A DNA stretch of 64,000 nucleotides. Origin: Vicugna vicugna. Lineage: Eukaryota. Location of the stretch: positions 2,418,001 through 2,482,000 of the forward strand of contig MU058213.1 of assembly GCA_013265495.1 (NCBI GenBank). The letters run 5' to 3'. Made by a program: the position numbers and the translations under genes. Numbering within the stretch: position 1 is the stretch's first letter; each line of letters starts with the position of its first letter. Below are positions 36,101-51,149 of the stretch, in pieces. Under the pieces are notes generated by a model, which saw only the letters and a list, made by a program, of their open reading frames with translations, made no database searches and was not told where the DNA came from.

Positions 36101-39100
36101 AGGTCAGAATAGGGGTTGGATTAGAATGACTATACCATAGTACCTTTAAATTGGCTGCCCAGAATCCCTCCCTCCTCTGCCACACACACATACCAAAAAA
36201 GCTTTTAGCTGACCATTGCTTCAAGATTTCTAGCTATAACCACTAACCCTAATGAATACTTTTGCTTCTTTGAAATTTGTCTCTTTTTTTTTCCTTTTTG
36301 CCCTCAGTCATGTAAGAAATGAGTACTTTGATGCATACTATTACCTATATTATATCCGCTGCCGAGTCATTTACCATTTACAGTTAAAAGTGAACGTGAA
36401 AAGGCAATTTCAATATAGATTGTTGTTAGGGTACCAAAGGGTACTATCTAACTTACCATGCTCCTAGTCACGCTTTCTGAGAAAGACGGGTATTTTTACC
36501 AACCAGGTGAAAGATGGTACTCCTTAGCGTGACCTGGAAATCAGTTTCTAAGTTTTAGTGGTTTTTTTTTTTTAGTTAATATCAAAAGCTTAAACATTTG
36601 ATCTTGGTATTCCAACTGATTATTTACCCCTGAGTCACTAATTCTAAGTAGAACATTTTATATAAGTTCTAAAAGGTGACAGTTACTTCCCAAATATTGT
36701 GTCTTTAATTTTTAGGTGTATTGAGACATGTTCAACTTAATTCTTTCCAAATTTAGAAGGGTCGTGTTTATGACTTTGACCTATTTTCCTTTTACTGAAC
36801 AACAATTTTGTTTTCCATTTTAGTCATCTGACAAGAAAAACACCATAATAATGTTAACTTGATATTGAAACTGACGTAAGTATCTATTGGGAAGAAAAGT
36901 ATCATTAAGGGAAATACTGGGTTTTTCTCATTATCCTCCTTTGATTTTCACGTTTTCACCATTCTCATCCCTGTATTTTGCCTCAGGAAGTTATGAGCCA
37001 AGAACTTTTCATTAGTATCTTTAAAATTAATTATTGATGTATTTTATTGAGTGAAATAGGGCTGGTATCTATTGCACAGTAATTTATAGTAGTTTTTCAA
37101 TCTAGTCATTAATCAGAACTTAGTAAGATCTATGATAAATTTTGAAAGAAAAAAAATTGAGTGATTTGACTTCCACAAAAATCTTAATGATATTGTAGAA
37201 AATAATATAGATTATATAGTTTTACATTGTATACTTTAAAGATGCTTTACAAAAATATAAAGAAAAATTTACTTTAGATAATCTAACGAAACTTTTAAAA
37301 GGAATTGGATTACTTTGTTTCTTATTGATGCTAAGAGTCACAAAGAGACATAAAATCAATAACAGGGCAAAAGTTGAGTTAACATTTTAAATATACATGT
37401 TACATATTTTTCTGATAAGAGTAATAAAAAAGGCTAACGGTAAATTATTTTTAAAGGACACGATGTGTTTTTTTAAATCACGAAAATTGTAGCTCCATCC
37501 AGAGAAAAACACTATTTTTGTTAATAGTGTTTCTGACCAAGTTTTTGGTCATTTTTGCTGTGTGTGTGTGTGTGTTTTGAGATAATAGCATACAAAGATG
37601 TTTGCATTCTGCTTGTTTGGCAACTTAAAAGGTTCTTTTGAATCAGTATTCGTTGACCACCTGGGTGTTGTCAGCATTCACCTGCAGACTTCACACCGGT
37701 AGGCAAGCCTCTGAAAATGTTCCCTATGTGCCATGACTTTATTCAGATGCAGTTTGCTTTTAGTTTGAGGAAAGATAATCACCTGCTCCTATTGGTGGGC
37801 TCTTTAAGTATAAGAGCTGGATTTCTTTTCCTAGATACTGTAAACAACCTGTGAATTCTGTTCTGGCTAGAAGCGGAGCATAAAAGTTATGTAGAAACCC
37901 TAGGGTATACTATTCCCAGTGTTCCTCCAGCCCTTTCTTCCCACTAGCTTCAAATCCCATTGCCCATTGCATCAGCTGTATTGTAGTCGTGGGAGCTGCG
38001 TACTCTTTAATGGGTAGAGAGTGAGAAAGTGTGGGAAATGAGACAGCTTTACTGGCTTAGAAAGCCATTGCCATGGAACAGGAAAGTGATTGACAGCCTT
38101 GCTGGCCAGCAGCCTAGATCCCTCCCCTCTAATAGAGGGGTAGACAGTGCATGGTTCTATTCTTCTGTTTCCTCTCCAGTCAGGCTAATATTTTAGGGGT
38201 TTAGACACTAGTTAGTCACTAAAGATCTCTCAATCTACGAAGCTGCCTTAAACTTAAGCAAAGTCCCTTCTAGATACCAGGAAATCTGATTGATACCTCT
38301 AACTTTCAGTGTTGTTTGAGTTTACATCCTTTTTTTTTTTGGTTTCCTTGGATATCGCCGTGGGAGATTCAGAGGCGGAGGTCATGTACAGCTGGCTACC
38401 GCCCATCAGACTCCAGCAATCATCAGTTACATGTTCATCAGAAAGTAAAATATTACTATCAGTTCTCCAAGAAGAATGCATGCCTAATGCTCTGGAAAAT
38501 TTAAAATACTGCTCTCAGTCCACCAATTATAAACAGAATACCATTCACCTTCAGAGTTGTGATCATTGTGCATTAACTTCTATGCACTTCAACCCAATGT
38601 TCACAAAGCAATCATTTTGATAAACTGTCACACTCAAGGTAGCCATGCCCTGCCTCTAACTCTGCCTAAATACCACTGGCTCTGATTGCTTCATTTGTTT
38701 TCATTAAGCCCTTACTGGTCAACTCCTGTGTACAAGAAAGCACTATGCTAGAGGTGGACTGGAGAAAATGATGACTAAACATGAACTCAACACTTTCTGG
38801 AAGAAACAGATACGTGCACAAGTAATACACCACATCAAAGAAAGAGGGAAGAGGGTAAATGAAGAGAAGGTGTACCCCGGTGGTTAAGAGAGATGATTCT
38901 GAACTTAAATTGCTTGAACTCCAGCCCTTAATCACTTTATTTGCTTGGTAAACTTAGGGAGGGAAAAAACTCCAAAAGGAAAGAAATATCTAATCGCAGC
39001 AAGTACAGAGAGGGTGTGGGACTTCAGAAGCCCTGGTGAAACAAAGCAAAACAAAAACATAACCTTCCTAAGCCGGTCTAGTTTCCAAAGTGTTCTCAGC

Positions 39101-39359
39101 TGTTCTTGGTGGAAAACAGCAGCTTTCCCACCTGTTTTTCACATTTTCAGAGGTCATAATACACTTTTGGGTATAACATGGGTAAAAAGCTAGTTCAAAT
39201 TTGTTTTTGCCAGAAAGTTTAGGTTTTAGAGAAATACTCAAGGTTTCATGTTTTGGAGTTCAGAAACAGTGTGATTCTGTAATTTTTAGATTATCTCAAG
39301 GTGTAAAAGATTTTGTTCTATCTGACTGTGGTCTGTGAAGTGCTGAGTCATATTGGAAG

Positions 39360-41050
39360 CAGGACAGAAATGCCATTTTTTGCTTCTCCATCTCCATCTC
39401 CTAAATTGTTTTATCTGCTTCCAATCCCTGCTCATCTCAATCCATCTTGACACCACTTCAGAGTCATCTTTCCAGATTCATCTGATAACATCAGTTCTCT
39501 CTGAGGAAATTGCAGCTAACTCCGTTTGGTCCACATGAGAGAGTCAGAACTCCTTAGCTAGAGACCAACAGAATCTGGTCTTGATCCACTTTACCTTGGT
39601 CATTCTTCTGCTGCCTTTTTTTTTTTTTTTTTAATTCTGTCTTCTTAGTTCAAACCCTGTCACTCCTCTAACACTGATCTGGTTGTGGTCACAATGATGT
39701 TTATTTGTCAAGTCCATTAGTGATTTTATGTCCTTGTAAGACTCTTTCAATGCGCCTAACAGCATCAATTATCCTTCACCCTTAAAACCCCTATTCCCAT
39801 GGTTTCCCTAATTCTGGTGTCCTGAATTTTTTTTTAACCTGTTTGTTTTGTTTTGTTTTGTTTTTTAGTTTGGTCTCAGTTATAGTATTTACTTGTTTTT
39901 CTTCTACTAGCCCCTTTTATGTTGGTGTTTCCCAAATTCCCTTCCCTGACACTTCTCCTCATTCTACATAATTTTCCCTGGATGATCTTATCCATTCTAG
40001 TGGTTTTTGGACTGACTTCTACATGCTGATGACCCCCAGATTGAGGTATCCAGCCCAGGTCTCCAATAACCTAGTAGACATTTCTCTGTGGAAGCTCTAA
40101 GAGCGCCTTAAACTCCACTGAACACATAATCCCTACTTTACGATTCCTTTTTCCTTTTTCGTTCCTCACTCACTTGCAGAATCACCATTCACCCAGTCAC
40201 CCAAACTAGAGCCTTGGAACTTAACCATTCCTCTTTCTTACCTCGGACTCCTTATCAGACACCAAGGCCTGACAGTGTTTCCTCTCTCCATATTCTTCAC
40301 ACCCTTTCTGTCTTCCCTGTCTGTATGCCTATTGCTGTAATTCAGACACCTATTATCTTTCCCCTACATAGCTTCCGAATTGGACTCTTCGCAGTCTCAC
40401 CTTCCTTAAAGCCATCCTCCTAAAAATCTCCGCCCAACCAAATCTATTTGAAAATTCAACTCTGATGATGTTCCTTCCTGCTCCATGTAAACAACTAGAG
40501 TTTGTTGGAGATAATTTTTTACTTACATTGACTGTAAGATTTTGAGGCTTGAAATAAGCTTTTGCTCTGTAGAATATGTGCAACTTGCCTAACATATTGC
40601 ACAAAACTATCCTATATAACCTTCCTCTCACCTCTGATCATCAACAGCTTGGAATGTTCTCGTGGAGATTTGGGCTCCACCAACCTAAAATTGCTAGGGT
40701 TCATTATACACAATATTTTGTTTCGTTCCATTGTAATTGGTTTGTATTCTTCCATTCTTCTGAAATAGATTCTTTGTCTCTAGCAGGCCATATGCTTGGT
40801 TGGCTATCTCTTAGTCATGCATTAACTCTTAGCCCAGCCTCATTTCAAGAAATCTCCCTTGACCCTCCGCACCACGCTACAGTATACACACTAATTTGGT
40901 GTCCCAAATGACTCTGTTTTTCTTACAACTTTTTCATAATTGTATTATGTTTCTTAAATAACTTGATTCTCCCAGTGGATTCATTGCTATATACCTAATG
41001 CCTAATACAGTGTCTAGCATTCAGGCATATTCACTAGCTATTTATCAAAC
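39360..41050 (+). mobile_element. L2 relics
   Basis: ctggatgatcttatccattc...tacatgctgatgacccccagatt...atccagcccagg; aatgcctaatacagtgtctagcat 3' end. Confidence 0.7.
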
Positions 41051-42453
41051 GAAGGTGTAAAACCAAGCTCTAAGGACACTAAACTCTCCGTTCTTCCATG
41101 GCCATTATGTAAACTGTCAGCTATTTCCCTCTAACTTCTCTTACAGTAGGTTCACCACTAGTGGACTCAAGTCATCCCACAGACCTCTGCCCGCCATCTC
41201 CAGGCCTCACTCTTCTGTCCCATGGTCCACCCGACCCTTGATGTACTTCTATGACAGCACTTTCTCTCGTGTGACAAGATGAGGGCTTGATGTGTGTGCC
41301 TCTCAATTAGGGTACACATTTTTTATACCAGGACTGTTTTAATCAACTCTAGATCCTTATCAGGAAGAATAGCCCCAGAAATGTAGGCAATCCATAGTCA
41401 GTAAAGGGACAATAGCCAGATGCCTTAAACATAAAAAAATGGATAAAAGGTTGAAGAGTAGAAAAACACAAGAATCAATTGTAATTCTAAGCAATTCTAA
41501 GAAGAAAAAGTATTATAATTCTATTTGGTTATAAATTAAAGTTATTTTTTAAAGGAAATTAGAAGTGTGAACAGTAATTTATTTTCACTGTTTTCTAATT
41601 CTTTATGAATGTTTTGTATAAATATTAATGATAAAAGCATAGGAAGGGTTGCATAAATGAGACAAATCAAAGTTATATTTATCTACATGACTATGCCTAT
41701 ATTACCCCTAGATTTTTACATCTAAAGTATAAATTATTTGTTAAACCTCTCACTTTGGTTATAAAGTTTGGGATCCCAAAGCCAGTTTCATAGGGCATTT
41801 TCATTCATGACGATATTGGCTGAATCATCTCAAAGTATGAAGTAGACAAAGCTTGGTTGTTGATATGCTCAGTCTTTCCAAATTACACTCACTTTTCCCC
41901 TCAAATGGCTTGTAAGCTTAGCAGTGTTCAGTAATTGCATCATCTTCAACATAAACCTTTCTGTTTCACTTACAATTTCACACTGTGAGTGCTTTAAGCA
42001 GCATAGTCATATATTCCTTCATTATTTCTGCTGAAAGTACCAGCTAAGCTGTTGCTGCCACTCTAATCGGGCACCAAAAATCACAGGGTGGCAGCCACCA
42101 GAAGTAAAGACTAAGCCACGCAGTGGCGTTAGGAGGACATGAATCCTTGTTTAAGATCAAGAACAAGGTTATTTGTCCTGGTGACCTCCAGCGGCCCTTT
42201 AAGTAGATAATGCATGCTCAGGGAAATGAACTTCCGGTCTTTGAGTTTCTTGACAGTTTATTTTGACAGTTGTTTGTCTATCTCTAGTTCCCCCAGGTAT
42301 GTGTATTTCTCTTTAGTCATACTCCACACCATTACATTAAGGCACTGCATATCCCATAACTCTTGACTTCTGATTTGGGCATAGAACATCTATTTGTAAA
42401 TTGTTGAAAAAAGAAAGAAGTGTGATAACATATACTAGTATTTTTTTAAACCA

Positions 42454-42522
42454 CTTTTTAATTGAAATATAGTTAATTTACAATGTCATGTTAGTTTTAG
42501 GTGTCCATTAAAGTAATTCAGT

Positions 42523-42572
<50 letters not shown>

Positions 42573-42738
42573 CATATAAATTTTACATATATATTTTTCA
42601 TATTCTTTTCCATTATAGGTTATTACAGGATACTGAATATAGTTCCCTGTGCTATACAGTAGGTCCTTGTTGGTTATCTGTTTTATACGTAGTAGTGTGT
42701 ATATGTTAATCCCAAACTCCTAATTTAGACCCCCCCTC
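42454..42738 (-). mobile_element. Lineage-specific L1 3' end containing a (TA)n(CA)n microsatellite (42524-42570)
   Basis: ttaattgaaatatagttaatttacaatgt...ccattataggttattacagg..tgaatatagttccctgtgctatacagtagg. Confidence 0.9.
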
Positions 42739-43975
42739 AAGTTTTTTTTAAATTTAAATTTTGAATATATTCACAGTACTTTTGGTATTCTAAAAATATT
42801 AATTATAATTAGTGTATAATAAAATCAAAAGATGAATCATTTATATAAAAGAAGCACTCAGTGATCATCTCATTCCAGGGTGAAATTACACAAATCATGT
42901 AACTCATGGTATATACATTGTAATTCATGATCCTCAAAGATCCATGTTGAAAACTTGAACCTACTTTTGTTAGCCAATGTCATGACAAGCTAGGTGCATG
43001 GCTGGATGAGATCTCTGAGAAGCACCATTTCCAGGGCCACCATCCAGGGCATTTATTTATGGAGGTCTGTGTTTGTGGTTCAGCAATGCAAAATTCAGAG
43101 ATGCCTAGGTGGTGGATAAATAACTGAAATATGAGAGCAAAGTAGGATCAAATTATGTACTGACATTTTCTTTCCTCCATGTGTATTTTGTCTTTTCACT
43201 TTTATTGTAAGCTGTGCTATCAATTTTTAAGTCTTTTGTTAGTGTTCAAATGAAACAGGGTTTCTTGAGAGAAATAACAGAATTGAATACTTGATGCTTC
43301 TGATGTCTGTAAATGATCCTGTTACTCAAGGTTTAAAAGAAATGGTCTGTAAGCACAAAGCTGGCATAATTCAGTGTGTCTTTGCTGCTCATCTGTGTGC
43401 TTAGTTAAATCCTGGTTTTAACAAAGTCTGGGAAAACAGAACTGCTATGGAACACACTCTTTTATGTCAGAAGCTCACACACTGGACCCAAATCAGATAT
43501 TAAGTTCACTTGTTCAATCAGTGGGCAGTGAAACAGGGGCATCTTGTTTATGTTGTCTATGTGAGAGGAATACAAGTGTGAAAGAACATTCTGGTTGGAA
43601 TACAGCATTTCAGGAACTGAAGTGACTGGAGACAGAGTTGCCAGAGAAAGGGATACTCCTGGGTTGTTACTTTTGGGCAGCACTAGAGTCTGCGGGAAAT
43701 TGGACTTTTTGTGTGGACACACAGCACTCCCGGTAGAGAGATCATGCATCAATCCCAGTGGCACATCACAGTCTAGTTAAGCCACTTCGCATTTGTGAAT
43801 GGGAAATTTTTAAGAGGCTGAAATTGCTATCTCTTTCAATCAGAGACTGTGGGAGTCTTCTCTCCTTTTCACAGATACAGTCGAGGAATTATTTAATTGC
43901 TGATGTGAGAGGATATGCTGGTATGTGGATTAACTAGGTTCTGTTTTTAAAGCACTTAATGTTTTTGTCTTGCAG

Positions 43976-44132
43976 GCACTTTTCATGTCTGTCTTCTAAA
44001 TACATGTGCCCTGGTGTCCCTGCTGTAATGAGCACCTTGCTGGCAAATATAAATGCTTTCTATGCTCACACAAGCGTTTCAACAAATGTACAGGTTTCTG
44101 CCTCAGATCGATTTGCCGCTACCAACTTTGGT
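43976..44132 (+). CDS. UNC13C: UNC13C internal coding exon (linker/MUN N-terminal region)
   Basis: tcttgcAG|G CAC ... TTT GGT|GTaagt; 157 nt, phase 2 to 0; [52 protein letters not shown]. Confidence 0.97.
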
Positions 44133-45419
44133 GTAAGTATTATTTTTTGAACTTGAAAATTCCCAGTAGCTTGTGGGAGTTAGAGTTTCAAGGGGTTTTG
44201 GATCCCAGATAGTCTTAGAATATTATTGCAGAAGGTATGTCTTTGGGAGTTTCAGTATAATAGACCAAAGCTTAAAGTTTATTTGAACCGTATTTAGTGA
44301 AATATATTTATTTGACAGTCAATAGGCATCTTCATTAAATTAAAGCTTCCTATCTGGAATGACTTTTTCAGTGGGGAATGAATTTTGTGATAGAGTACTG
44401 GGATTTTATGGGAAATTCTCCGAGTGTGCAAATTTGGGATTCACCATTTTAGATGTTGTTCCCTGGCAAGTGTGAGCTTGGTTGACCTCTCTGGAGCCTT
44501 TTGGGCTCCATCTGCACTTCCTGTTGGTTTCTACTGGTACTGGTGTATGAGGACATACCTTCTAAGTAAAAAAAAAAAAGTTAGCTGTATGAAGATTCCA
44601 AGAGTACTATTTACCTAATTAAGACAGTCTACCTGAAGTATTCAAATGCATCAAAGACCCATTGAAAAGTAAAGATGCGAAGCTCCTGAGGAGTATTTAC
44701 CTGTTGTGCCTGTCACCAGAACCCATTCTCTCTAAGCATAATTGAATTGAAATTGACAAGACTGGAAATAGGATAGAAAATAACAGTAATCCTGGTAAAG
44801 TGGTGATGATGTAAACTAAGAATTGGTGGGGGTGGAATTTGAAGGACAGATTCCAGAGCTCTTCAGGGCATAGAATCAACAGCACTTGGTATCTCTAGTC
44901 CTGTGAGCAGTGAGGGAAAGGGAAAGATACCTGGGAAGATTCCCATGGTTTTGTCCTGGGCACCTGGGTAGACGGTAGCTCTGCTAGTAACCCCGTGAGA
45001 CAGGTAATTCTGTTCTCCTTTGTTTGTGGAGGAAACTGAGTTCCATTCTAGGAAAGTGATTTCCATGACACCATAGTTACTCTTTTCACTTCACTTCCAA
45101 ATTGGTTCACTGAGTAGATTTTGTTATTAAGTTCTTAGAAATCAAATTTTGGGGTATATATCGCAGAGTAGAAACAGATGAGGCCCAGCAAATAAAAGAG
45201 TATAAAGCCAGTAGGAAAAAAAAAATGTGCTGCTGTGTTTACTCTTTTCCTGTCCTTTTCATCTAAAAAAATACATGTGAAGTATGTGAGATGTGTTGGA
45301 ATGAGTCAAAGGAAAAAGCAGTTGTTATTTAATGACAAATCAAAACAAATACTCGTAGAAGAGAACATTGGGTTAGGATTCCTGGGGGCAGGGTTGGGGG
45401 GAGTTTGTTTTCAAATTTA

Positions 45420-45590
45420 ACAAGTCAGTTCAGTCATTCAAGCCTCAATTTCCCTATCTGTTCAGTGAGGGTAACGATTATTGCTCTAACACATTGCTCA
45501 AATTTAAGACGAAAATCAAATGAGGTAAAAGATGACAAGCTACTTTCTAAGAGTGAAAGCGCTCTATAAATGTAAGGTATGAGGATTTCC
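45420..45590 (+). mobile_element. MIR relic
   Basis: caagtcagtt..aagcctcaatttccctatctgt. Confidence 0.65.
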
Positions 45591-46579
45591 TCTCTTCTGC
45601 TTACCTGCAGTATGAACAGTGCACCATCAGCCACTTTCTGTTAGATAGACTCTTGCAAGAACTGGGACCAAGGAAAACTCCCTGGCCAGCTCAACAAAAT
45701 ACTATTACAGCCATTACCAGGTCATAGTACAGTTTTGTTATACAAACCTCATTCTGTTAACAGTGTTCATTGTCTTGGGATTTTACCTGTAACATAAAGC
45801 ACTCAGTGTTATGACGTTGTTTTGCTTTTGATATTCTGCCTGGGTATATTGTAGAGAATAAGCCAACGTTGTGGAACACTGAGCCTTTCTATCTCTGAGT
45901 AGAAAGACATGTTTCAATGATTAATTTCCACCATAAAAGCTACCTGGAGGAAAATGAGATCGCATGCGCCTTTACTTCATGCTGACCCAAAGAAGAGAAA
46001 TCAAATTGATTTCACTACTTTGCAGTATTTCAGTAGCAACACAGTTATAACAAAGTTCATTTTGTAAATCAAATAACTTAGAGAAGAGGGTCTAAAAAGA
46101 AATCTTTCTTAAAACTACATCTTGATAACTTGGTGATTTGATATGTCAACTTGGCTAGATTTTTCTCTGCCTATTGAAAATAATGCTATTTGATCAGTCA
46201 AATATACACAAGTGTAATGTTTCCCACCTCTACTTTAGGGCCTGGAGTTCTTAGTTATCTGACTTCTGAAGCTGATACTGTCACCTGTGACTCAGGAACA
46301 CCATTAAATTGGCTACTTTTTACCTTTTTGAAAGGTGTAATCCAGACATTTTGAGTCTTCCAAAAAGAAACCAATGGAAAAGCTTTCTTACCAATGAGGA
46401 TTGTAAAACAAATGTTAAGAAAACTATTACTCTTTCAAATTCAGATGTCTTATGTACAAGTGTTGTTTAAAGTCATGGTTTGGATGAAAAATGTTCAAGA
46501 ATAAAGTGAAAAGGATAGAACCCTTCCTTGGGTGTGGAGGGAAGGGAAAAGCAAAATTTGCTGAGGAAAATAATTAGAA

Positions 46580-49290
46580 AAATTGGATAAAAGTGATAAT
46601 AAAAATATGACATTATGAAAGACAAGGCAAAACTATTTTAAGAGAAGAGGAGCGTCTAATATTGTCAACTGCAGCAAAAAGTTCAAGTAAAATGGGGAAA
46701 GAAATCAGCCCATTGGATTTGGCAATTAGGAAGTCATTGCTTAGGAGTGAAGCAGTTGAGCTTAAGGCCTAATTTCATAGAGATCTTCAGTGAATGGCAT
46801 ATATGAATGGTTGTGTAAAATTAGGGTTCAATTATTCCCTAAAATGTAATATAATCTTTAAAAAATCAGGTTTTTAAAGAAAAGTTGTATAATTGAGCAA
46901 TACCCATGAAATAATGATAAATTAAAATATGTACATACAGAACTCTATAGTCTAATTCCAACATTGAAAACACACAGACATAAATACACACATACGTACT
47001 AGTTTAGGAATAAGCCTGAAAGAAAATGTGCCAAAATGCCAAAGGTGCAGCCTCATAGTGGGATTAGAGCTAATATTTAGTTGTTTTTGTTTTGCATTCA
47101 TCTTGTTACTAAAATTGTCAATTTCTCTATATGAAACTTGTATTTGATAATAAAAATGGAAAAAAAGAGTGAAAGTGGGTGAGGAAATGAAAGATTGTTC
47201 TGTTAAGCAACTTGAATGAGAGGATAAATGGAGATTGGTCAAGAGTGAAAAGGTTTTGCCATGAAAAACCAGATTATTTTTACTCTCTGGTTGGATAGGA
47301 GTTTTTACCATTTAGTAAGACCAAATGTGACCATATTTATAGATTGTTAGGATGGGAACTAGCTGCAAGTTGCAGATTTATCAGATGGGAAATAAGTGAC
47401 GCAGTAACATCCCGGAAGAGAAAGAAGTAAGTGTAGTCACGAGGGCAGAAGGAGGGACATTCTGTGGAATTGGGTAACAGTGATAATAAAAATCTGAAAA
47501 TTCTTTTTCTTTGGAATACAAAAGGACAAGTTCTGTTCTGAAATTTGAGGAGATAGTGTGTCAGTCCTTGAGGAGAATGCTTTGGATACAGGAGGGGAAA
47601 ACTGATGGAGTGACACCCTATTTCCTTAATTTTCTGTATGGTTCTCTGCAGGACAAGAAATGCTCGTCCATAAGACAAGGGCTATGATGTAGACGCATGA
47701 GGTAGAGGAGGCTGAGAAAGGCCTGGGTAAGCTCCTGAAGGGAATAGAAAGATGAATGCTTTGGGGCCAAGTAAGAGGAATGCCTGGTAAAGCTGAAGGT
47801 CTCATTTGAAATTGGGAAGCATGAATCTGTTTCCACTGCAATTCATGTGGCTGTGATTTTTTTTTTCTCAGAATTTCTCAGCATTCAGATACTAATGTAG
47901 TAACAAATACAGCAGATGGTTAGATTAACTTCTAGGGGGAAATTTTACAAAAAAAAAAGGCAATGGAAGAGTAAGAGAATTAATATATAGGTGATGCTGT
48001 CAAAAGAAAATTGAAGTGATCAGCATGGAGAGTCTAGGTTTGATAAGTGGCACCATGAGAGAAAGAGAGACAGAGACAAAGGATTTGTGTAGGAACATCA
48101 AACATGTAGTTGAGATTACAAAAGGGAAGTCTCAGGTCCAAGATATATTTCTGGGAGTAGATTGCTGTGAATTAAGTGTAAAACAGTGCTGTTCTGGGGC
48201 TAGTTTGTACCTACTGATAGGCAGTGATTGCTGAATTTGCAGAAGTATTGCAAGCTGGTTGTAGAATACAGCCATCCTGGAAGCTGGAAATACTTGAAAC
48301 TGGAAATACTACAATACTACATCATGAAAATTGGCAAATGTTAAAAATCAAGGCTTTCTTTGTTTTGGAGAGATGATTTTGCAGCGTATCACTGAGTGCA
48401 AAGATTGCTGGAAGTCACGGAGAGGAAAGAACTTTATTGGATCAGACATCTCTGTAGATGTTGAAAACACCGTGGGTAGAGCTAGAGTTGGAAAGGAAGA
48501 CAGCTCCATGAGGTGGGGGGTCCATATTTCAACTCTGAAGAAGTCTTTAGGAAACTTATTTAGTGAGTTATCTTAAGCACAGATAGCAAATTAATTATTA
48601 GTAAAATTGATGTTATCTAGCTCAGTTTTTTTTTTCTTGGTCATAGATACCCTTTTTGGCATAGCAAGTATCCTAACACATACTCCTTTTTCATCACACA
48701 TACTCTTGTTTGTCCACTTGTTCATTCAAGATGTATTTCTGTGGTCCTTCATGTAAGGCACTATGGTAGATAGTAAAGGGACTGAGATAAAGGTTGATCT
48801 GTGTTCTCCAGGGCTTACACTCTAATGGGATAGTCACATAATCATGTGTACAGTAACTGTAAATCCCTCCCCAAATGGGGTAAGCGTCAAAAGAGCTGAT
48901 ATTTATAAATTTGTGATTGAAGAGGAGGAAGTGACTGACACTCTTCAGAAGCTTATGGAAACTTGGAAAGGAATCGTGCTTTTAGGGATGAGTAGCATTT
49001 TTCAAAGTCCAAAAAATAATAGGGAAACCACCTTAGGCCTGGGAAGACTTTTATGTAAAGACGAGAACCAGTAAAGATGCAAAAATAATTTCAAAGTGTG
49101 TATCTTCCTGAGTAGGGAAGGTAGAATAAAAGATGGATGCAAAAGAGGAAGCTGTGTAACTGGTTTGACATTAGATTGCTGAGGACCTTTAATGCCCACT
49201 AAGAGGTTTGAACTTCATTCTTGAGGCATAGTGTATAATCTGATAGACTTTCCTATTTAGAAAGATGACTGTGTAGAGGAAATGTTGCAG
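46580..49290 (-). mobile_element. Fragmented L2 relics with other old insertions
   Basis: cccattggatttggcaattaggaagtcattg; ttcattcaagatgtattt...aggcactatggtagat; aagaggtttgaacttcattctt. Confidence 0.55.
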
Positions 49291-49299
49291 AGGGGAGAG

Positions 49300-49435
49300 A
49301 GAGAATGTGCAGGAGATGGGGAGTCAACTACGGTGAAGGATGGGAACTACATTTGTGGTGGTGATCACTGTAGTGTACTCAGATGTCAAATTAGGATACT
49401 GTGCTCTTTAAACTTACGTCATAATTTAAAAAATC
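49300..49435 (+). mobile_element. Short L1 3' terminal fragment
   Basis: ggagtcaactacggtgaaggatgggaactacatttgtggtggtgatcactgtagtgtac. Confidence 0.6.
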
Positions 49436-50049
49436 AGCACCTCCCCCTAATCACAGAACCACACTCCCAACATGTGCATTCTTTTTCCAAATCCCCAGGA
49501 AATCAAAATTTCTGATAAAGTGACAAAAATGCTTATAATTATAGAAAATGCAAAAAAAAAGTCTAAAATAAACAATTTGCAAAGAAAGAAAAGACAAGAC
49601 AATGCTCTAAAAATAAAAAAGGGAAATTAGGACTTAGCCAGGAAGAAACCTTTCTAAAGTTTAGTCAAACTAAGGGAAACATTAGGCTTTCTTGTTCAGT
49701 GAATGATAATATCTCATGCTTTTCAAATTTGCCCATAAAGTTACTCCATATATACTCTTCGAATTTGTCACTTATTAATTACTATGTTGATGATAGCATC
49801 TTTGTGATGGCATTTTATAACTTTATGTTATCCCTGTTGGTATCAGTATTAATCTCAAATCAATAAGAAATATAAATATATGTCCAGTATGTTCATATGA
49901 TTAACATTAATTAAATTATCAAATATTATCAAAATAACCAATGCATTAAAACTACTTGAAATGTTTCTTTCCTGCTTAAAGAATGATTGCTTTTGACATG
50001 ACTTGGAAAGAAACCTTGTACAATTTGCTGGTCCAGGTCAGCATAATTT

Positions 50050-50184
50050 CATCCTACTCTTGTAAATTTTATAATAACCTAAAATCACGTTGAACACGCA
50101 GCTCAGGCTCCTCCCAGGGGAGCTAAATCAGGTGAGCACCCCCGGAGTTTAAGCATCATTAGTTTCAGGTTAAATCTACCCCTG
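50050..50184 (-). mobile_element. hAT-type DNA transposon end (subfamily uncertain)
   Basis: Reverse complement caggggtagatttaacctgaaactaatgatgcttaaact resembles a mammalian hAT MER terminus. Confidence 0.55.
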
Positions 50185-50364
50185 CTGTCAGAGGAGACAT
50201 TGAGAAACACAGGAATGGGAGAGAAGCTCGGGATGGTGCAGACGTTTTTACATACCTCATAAGCACTTTTCCTTTTGCAAGGTCCCAGGATCCTAGGGAA
50301 ACTTCCCAAGAGTGTCCTTGTGGGCGAGATACCACCTCCTCCAACTCAAAATTGCCCCTCTTTT

Positions 50365-50657
50365 CATGGGCCTAACCTGGCTCATCAACTGGTCTTATAT
50401 GGCTCATGAGCTTAGGATGGATTTTACATTTTTAAATGGTTTTTTTAAAATCAAAAGATTATTATTTTGTGGTATGTGAAATTTTCATGTCAGTATCTGT
50501 AAACAGAGTTTTCTTGGGACACAGCCATGCTCATCTGTTTATATATTGTTTATGGAAGCCATTGTGCTACAGTGGTAGAGTTTAATAGTTGTGACAGAGA
50601 CTACAAAGCTGAAAATATGTACTGTCTGGCTCTTGACAGATACTTCGCTGACCTCTG
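50365..50657. mobile_element. MER58B-like hAT-Charlie MITE
   Basis: atggattttacatttttaaatgg...acacagccatgctcat...aatagttgtgacagagac...gctgacctctg. Confidence 0.85.
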
Positions 50658-51149
50658 GTCTAGAGTTATTCTTGTCAACTAATTAAACCTAAATTTTTGA
50701 TAACTGATAATAGTTAGTACTCGTATTATAGATGTGGCCCTTACCAAATACCAGACTTATTCAGTTCTTCCCAAATACAAACTGAATAATGTGGTAGTTT
50801 CAGATATTGCGGTGTGCCCCTCAGAGAAACCCTTTTTAATCACACAGTCTTTTCTTATTTCTCAAATCACACCATGTAGGTAATAAGCCTCCTCTGCTCT
50901 CACAAAGACAACCTCACTCTAGCTAAATAGAAATATGGTAAATAAAATTAAATTTCAGGCCACCCTGCTGTTTAAAAAATGCCTATGAAGATGCAATCAG
51001 CAGCACACTTTTAATTTCACATCCTCTAATGTTGTTTGGGATTTAGTACCCCCAAGCCTGGTCGTTTCCTCCTCAGTTTTCTGTTTTCCTTGAATGTAAA
51101 TTTTCCAGCTGGGCACGGAAGACCTAGGTGGGGAGACCAAGTGTGTGAT